Assembly (NCBI GenBank): GCA_937975765.1
Contig: CALJUR010000048.1
Coordinates: 23,538-87,537, forward strand
Source of the DNA: an uncultured Myxococcales bacterium
GTDB lineage: Bacteria > Myxococcota_A > UBA9042 > DTJE01
Length of the DNA stretch: 64,000 nucleotides
Direction of reading: 5' to 3'
The position numbers and the translations under genes are program-made. Position 1 is the first letter of the stretch. Every line of letters begins with the position of its first letter. The notes under the pieces are model-generated. The model was not told where the DNA came from and ran no database searches. It was given only the letters and a program-made list of their open reading frames with translations. Shown here piece by piece: positions 62,697-64,000 of this stretch.

Positions 62697-63833
62697 ATGG
62701 ACGGGCTGGCCGCGATCCTCCGGCACATCGACGCCGCGCGCGTGCTGGACCTGCTGAAGGACGCGGTCGATGCGTACAGCCCGTCCTGGGCCGAGGACCC
62801 GGCCACGCGCGTCTTCGCCGCCGCCCTGGCCCGCGCCGGCATCCCCTGCCGGCTGGAGCCCGTCCCCGGCAATCCCGGCAATCCCCGTGCGAACCTCGTC
62901 GTCGAGATGGGGCCGCGGCCCGCGTCGCTGCTGTGGGTCGGGCACGTCGACACCGTGACGATGCCGGACGACACGCCCGACCACGGCGCGCGCCAGGACG
63001 GCGACGTCCTGCACGGGCTCGGCACCGCGGACATGAAGTCGGGGTGCGCCGCGATGGTCGAGGCGCTGGCCGCCGTGGCCGCCTCCGGGGTGCCGCTGCG
63101 CCGCGGGCTGGTCGCCGCCTTCGTCGTCGGCGAGGAGGAGTTCGGGGACGGCTCCCGTGCGCTGCTGCAACGCGACCCGCCGCCGCTGACCGTCGTCGGC
63201 GAGCCCACCGGCCTGGTGCCCTGCACGACGCACTACGGCTACCTGGAATGCCTGCTGTCGGCGGCGGGGACCGGCGCGCACGCCGCACTGCCCGAGATCG
63301 GGCGCAACGCGATCCAGGCCATGCTGGAGTGGCTGTCGGCGGGGCTGCGGGCGCTGCCCACGCTGCCCGACGCCGAAACGCTGGCCATCAACCTGCGGCA
63401 CATCCGCGGCGGCGGCGAGAAGTTCGTGGTGCCCGACCGCTGCGAGGCCCTGCTGGACGTGCACCTGCCCCCCGACGGGGACGCGGACGCCGTGATGGCC
63501 CTGCTGCGGCGCGCCGGGGAGGGATTGCGCCTCGCCGACGTGCAACTGGGGCTGCGGCCGACCTTCCTGGCCACCGGCTACCGGCTGGACCCTTCCGACC
63601 CGGTGCTGGCCCCGGTGCGGCAGGCGTTTTCCGCGGTCGGCCGCCCCTTCGCCCCCGGCGTCTTCCGGTCCCACTCCGACGCCGCCATGTTCCGGGAGGC
63701 CGGTTCGTCGCCCGTCATCTGCGGTCCCGGCCGCCTGGAAACCGCCCACACCGCCGACGAACACGTCTCGATCGCCGAGGTCGTCGACGCCGCCCGCCTG
63801 TATGCCGCCATGATCCACGCCGCCTGCGGGTGA
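62697..63833 (+). CDS. M20-family metallopeptidase / deacylase (ArgE/DapE-like)
   Basis: WVGHVDTV, GTADMKSG and VVGEEEFGDG are metal-ligand motifs. The start abuts the GNAT stop. Confidence 0.8.
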   Translation: MDGLAAILRHIDAARVLDLLKDAVDAYSPSWAEDPATRVFAAALARAGIPCRLEPVPGNPGNPRANLVVEMGPRPASLLWVGHVDTVTMPDDTPDHGARQDGDVLHGLGTADMKSGCAAMVEALAAVAASGVPLRRGLVAAFVVGEEEFGDGSRALLQRDPPPLTVVGEPTGLVPCTTHYGYLECLLSAAGTGAHAALPEIGRNAIQAMLEWLSAGLRALPTLPDAETLAINLRHIRGGGEKFVVPDRCEALLDVHLPPDGDADAVMALLRRAGEGLRLADVQLGLRPTFLATGYRLDPSDPVLAPVRQAFSAVGRPFAPGVFRSHSDAAMFREAGSSPVICGPGRLETAHTADEHVSIAEVVDAARLYAAMIHAACG

Positions 63834-63914
63834 CTCCGGCCAGTTCCATGCTATATAAGACCGGCGCCGTCCGGGCAGCCGCCCGGCTGGTCCACTGACA
63901 ACGCGGAGGCGACC

Positions 63915-64000
63915 GTGCACCGGACCCTTCTGCTGGCCCTTTCCCTGGCCGTGCCCCTGCTGGCGGCATGCCCGCTTCTGGACTCGGGCGACGACCCCGT
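63915..64000 (+). CDS. lipoprotein, N-terminal fragment running off the window
   Basis: GTG 63915 after GGAGG. VHRTLLLALSLAVPLLAACPLLDSGDDP is a signal peptide with a lipobox. Confidence 0.4.
   Translation, partial: MHRTLLLALSLAVPLLAACPLLDSGDDP

Overview
High-GC window (about 68-70% GC by eye), densely coding on both strands. I call about 55 CDS. I recognised no rRNA, tRNA, CRISPR array, transposase or integrase. All family calls come from motifs read in the translations and from remembered family signatures; nothing was searched.

The proteome suggests a Gram-negative, Myxococcota-like or deltaproteobacterial-type organism, probably an anaerobe or microaerobe (inference only). The basis is many lipoproteins with a C-G-G lipobox followed by acidic D/P/A/E linkers, choice-of-anchor-D type surface proteins, a TonB-dependent receptor, a sigma-54 activator, an [FeFe] hydrogenase and Rex.

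Gene blocks:
1. 0.2-4.8 kb: envelope operon (flippase-like protein, GT39-like glycosyltransferase, phosphodiesterase, small Zn-ribbon protein).
2. 4.8-6.6 kb: lower-GC islet with a reverse-order PIN/Phd toxin-antitoxin pair and a Cys-rich protein that lacks a signal peptide.
3. 6.7-15.5 kb: lipoproteins, an OPT transporter, a GH92 mannosidase and a cupin.
4. 15.5-21.7 kb: DsrE-like and ModE-like genes, then a minus-strand operon of membrane protein, membrane-DUF2478 NTPase fusion, lipoprotein, TonB receptor and TrmO/FmdE-like protein.
5. 25.8-36.5 kb: corA, then hydCBA (NADH-linked trimeric [FeFe] hydrogenase) followed by a HydS-like Fe-S sensor histidine kinase, a receiver and a receiver-kinase hybrid. 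This block is flanked by rex and three Rex operators.
6. 37.5-45.6 kb: NO/O2 stress island (DUF1858/DUF2249 protein, DUF438 hemerythrin-PAS protein, norR, a sigma-54 promoter, a NorA-like hemerythrin, qNOR norB, a cupin).
7. 52.9-61 kb: glycan O-acetylation set (MBOAT, three SGNH proteins, an esterase, galE).
8. 61-64 kb: yceI, GNAT, M20 peptidase.

Structure not explained by genes:
- A 27-nt GC-rich REP-like hairpin repeat (GGCGGGGGACGGGGCCCCCGCCCTACA) occurs 14 times, always intergenic.
- A second family consists of paired inverted arms (AATTCAGGGACAGTCACCATTATT) around short AT-rich cores that are not similar to each other. These look MITE-like or inverton-like.
- A 2 x 78-nt tandem repeat.

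Best candidates for something undescribed:
- the hydrogenase-linked sensory phosphorelay, which has no recognisable output domain;
- the TonB receptor locus with an ECF-like membrane pair fused to a non-ABC P-loop NTPase;
- the GGGACAG-arm elements.
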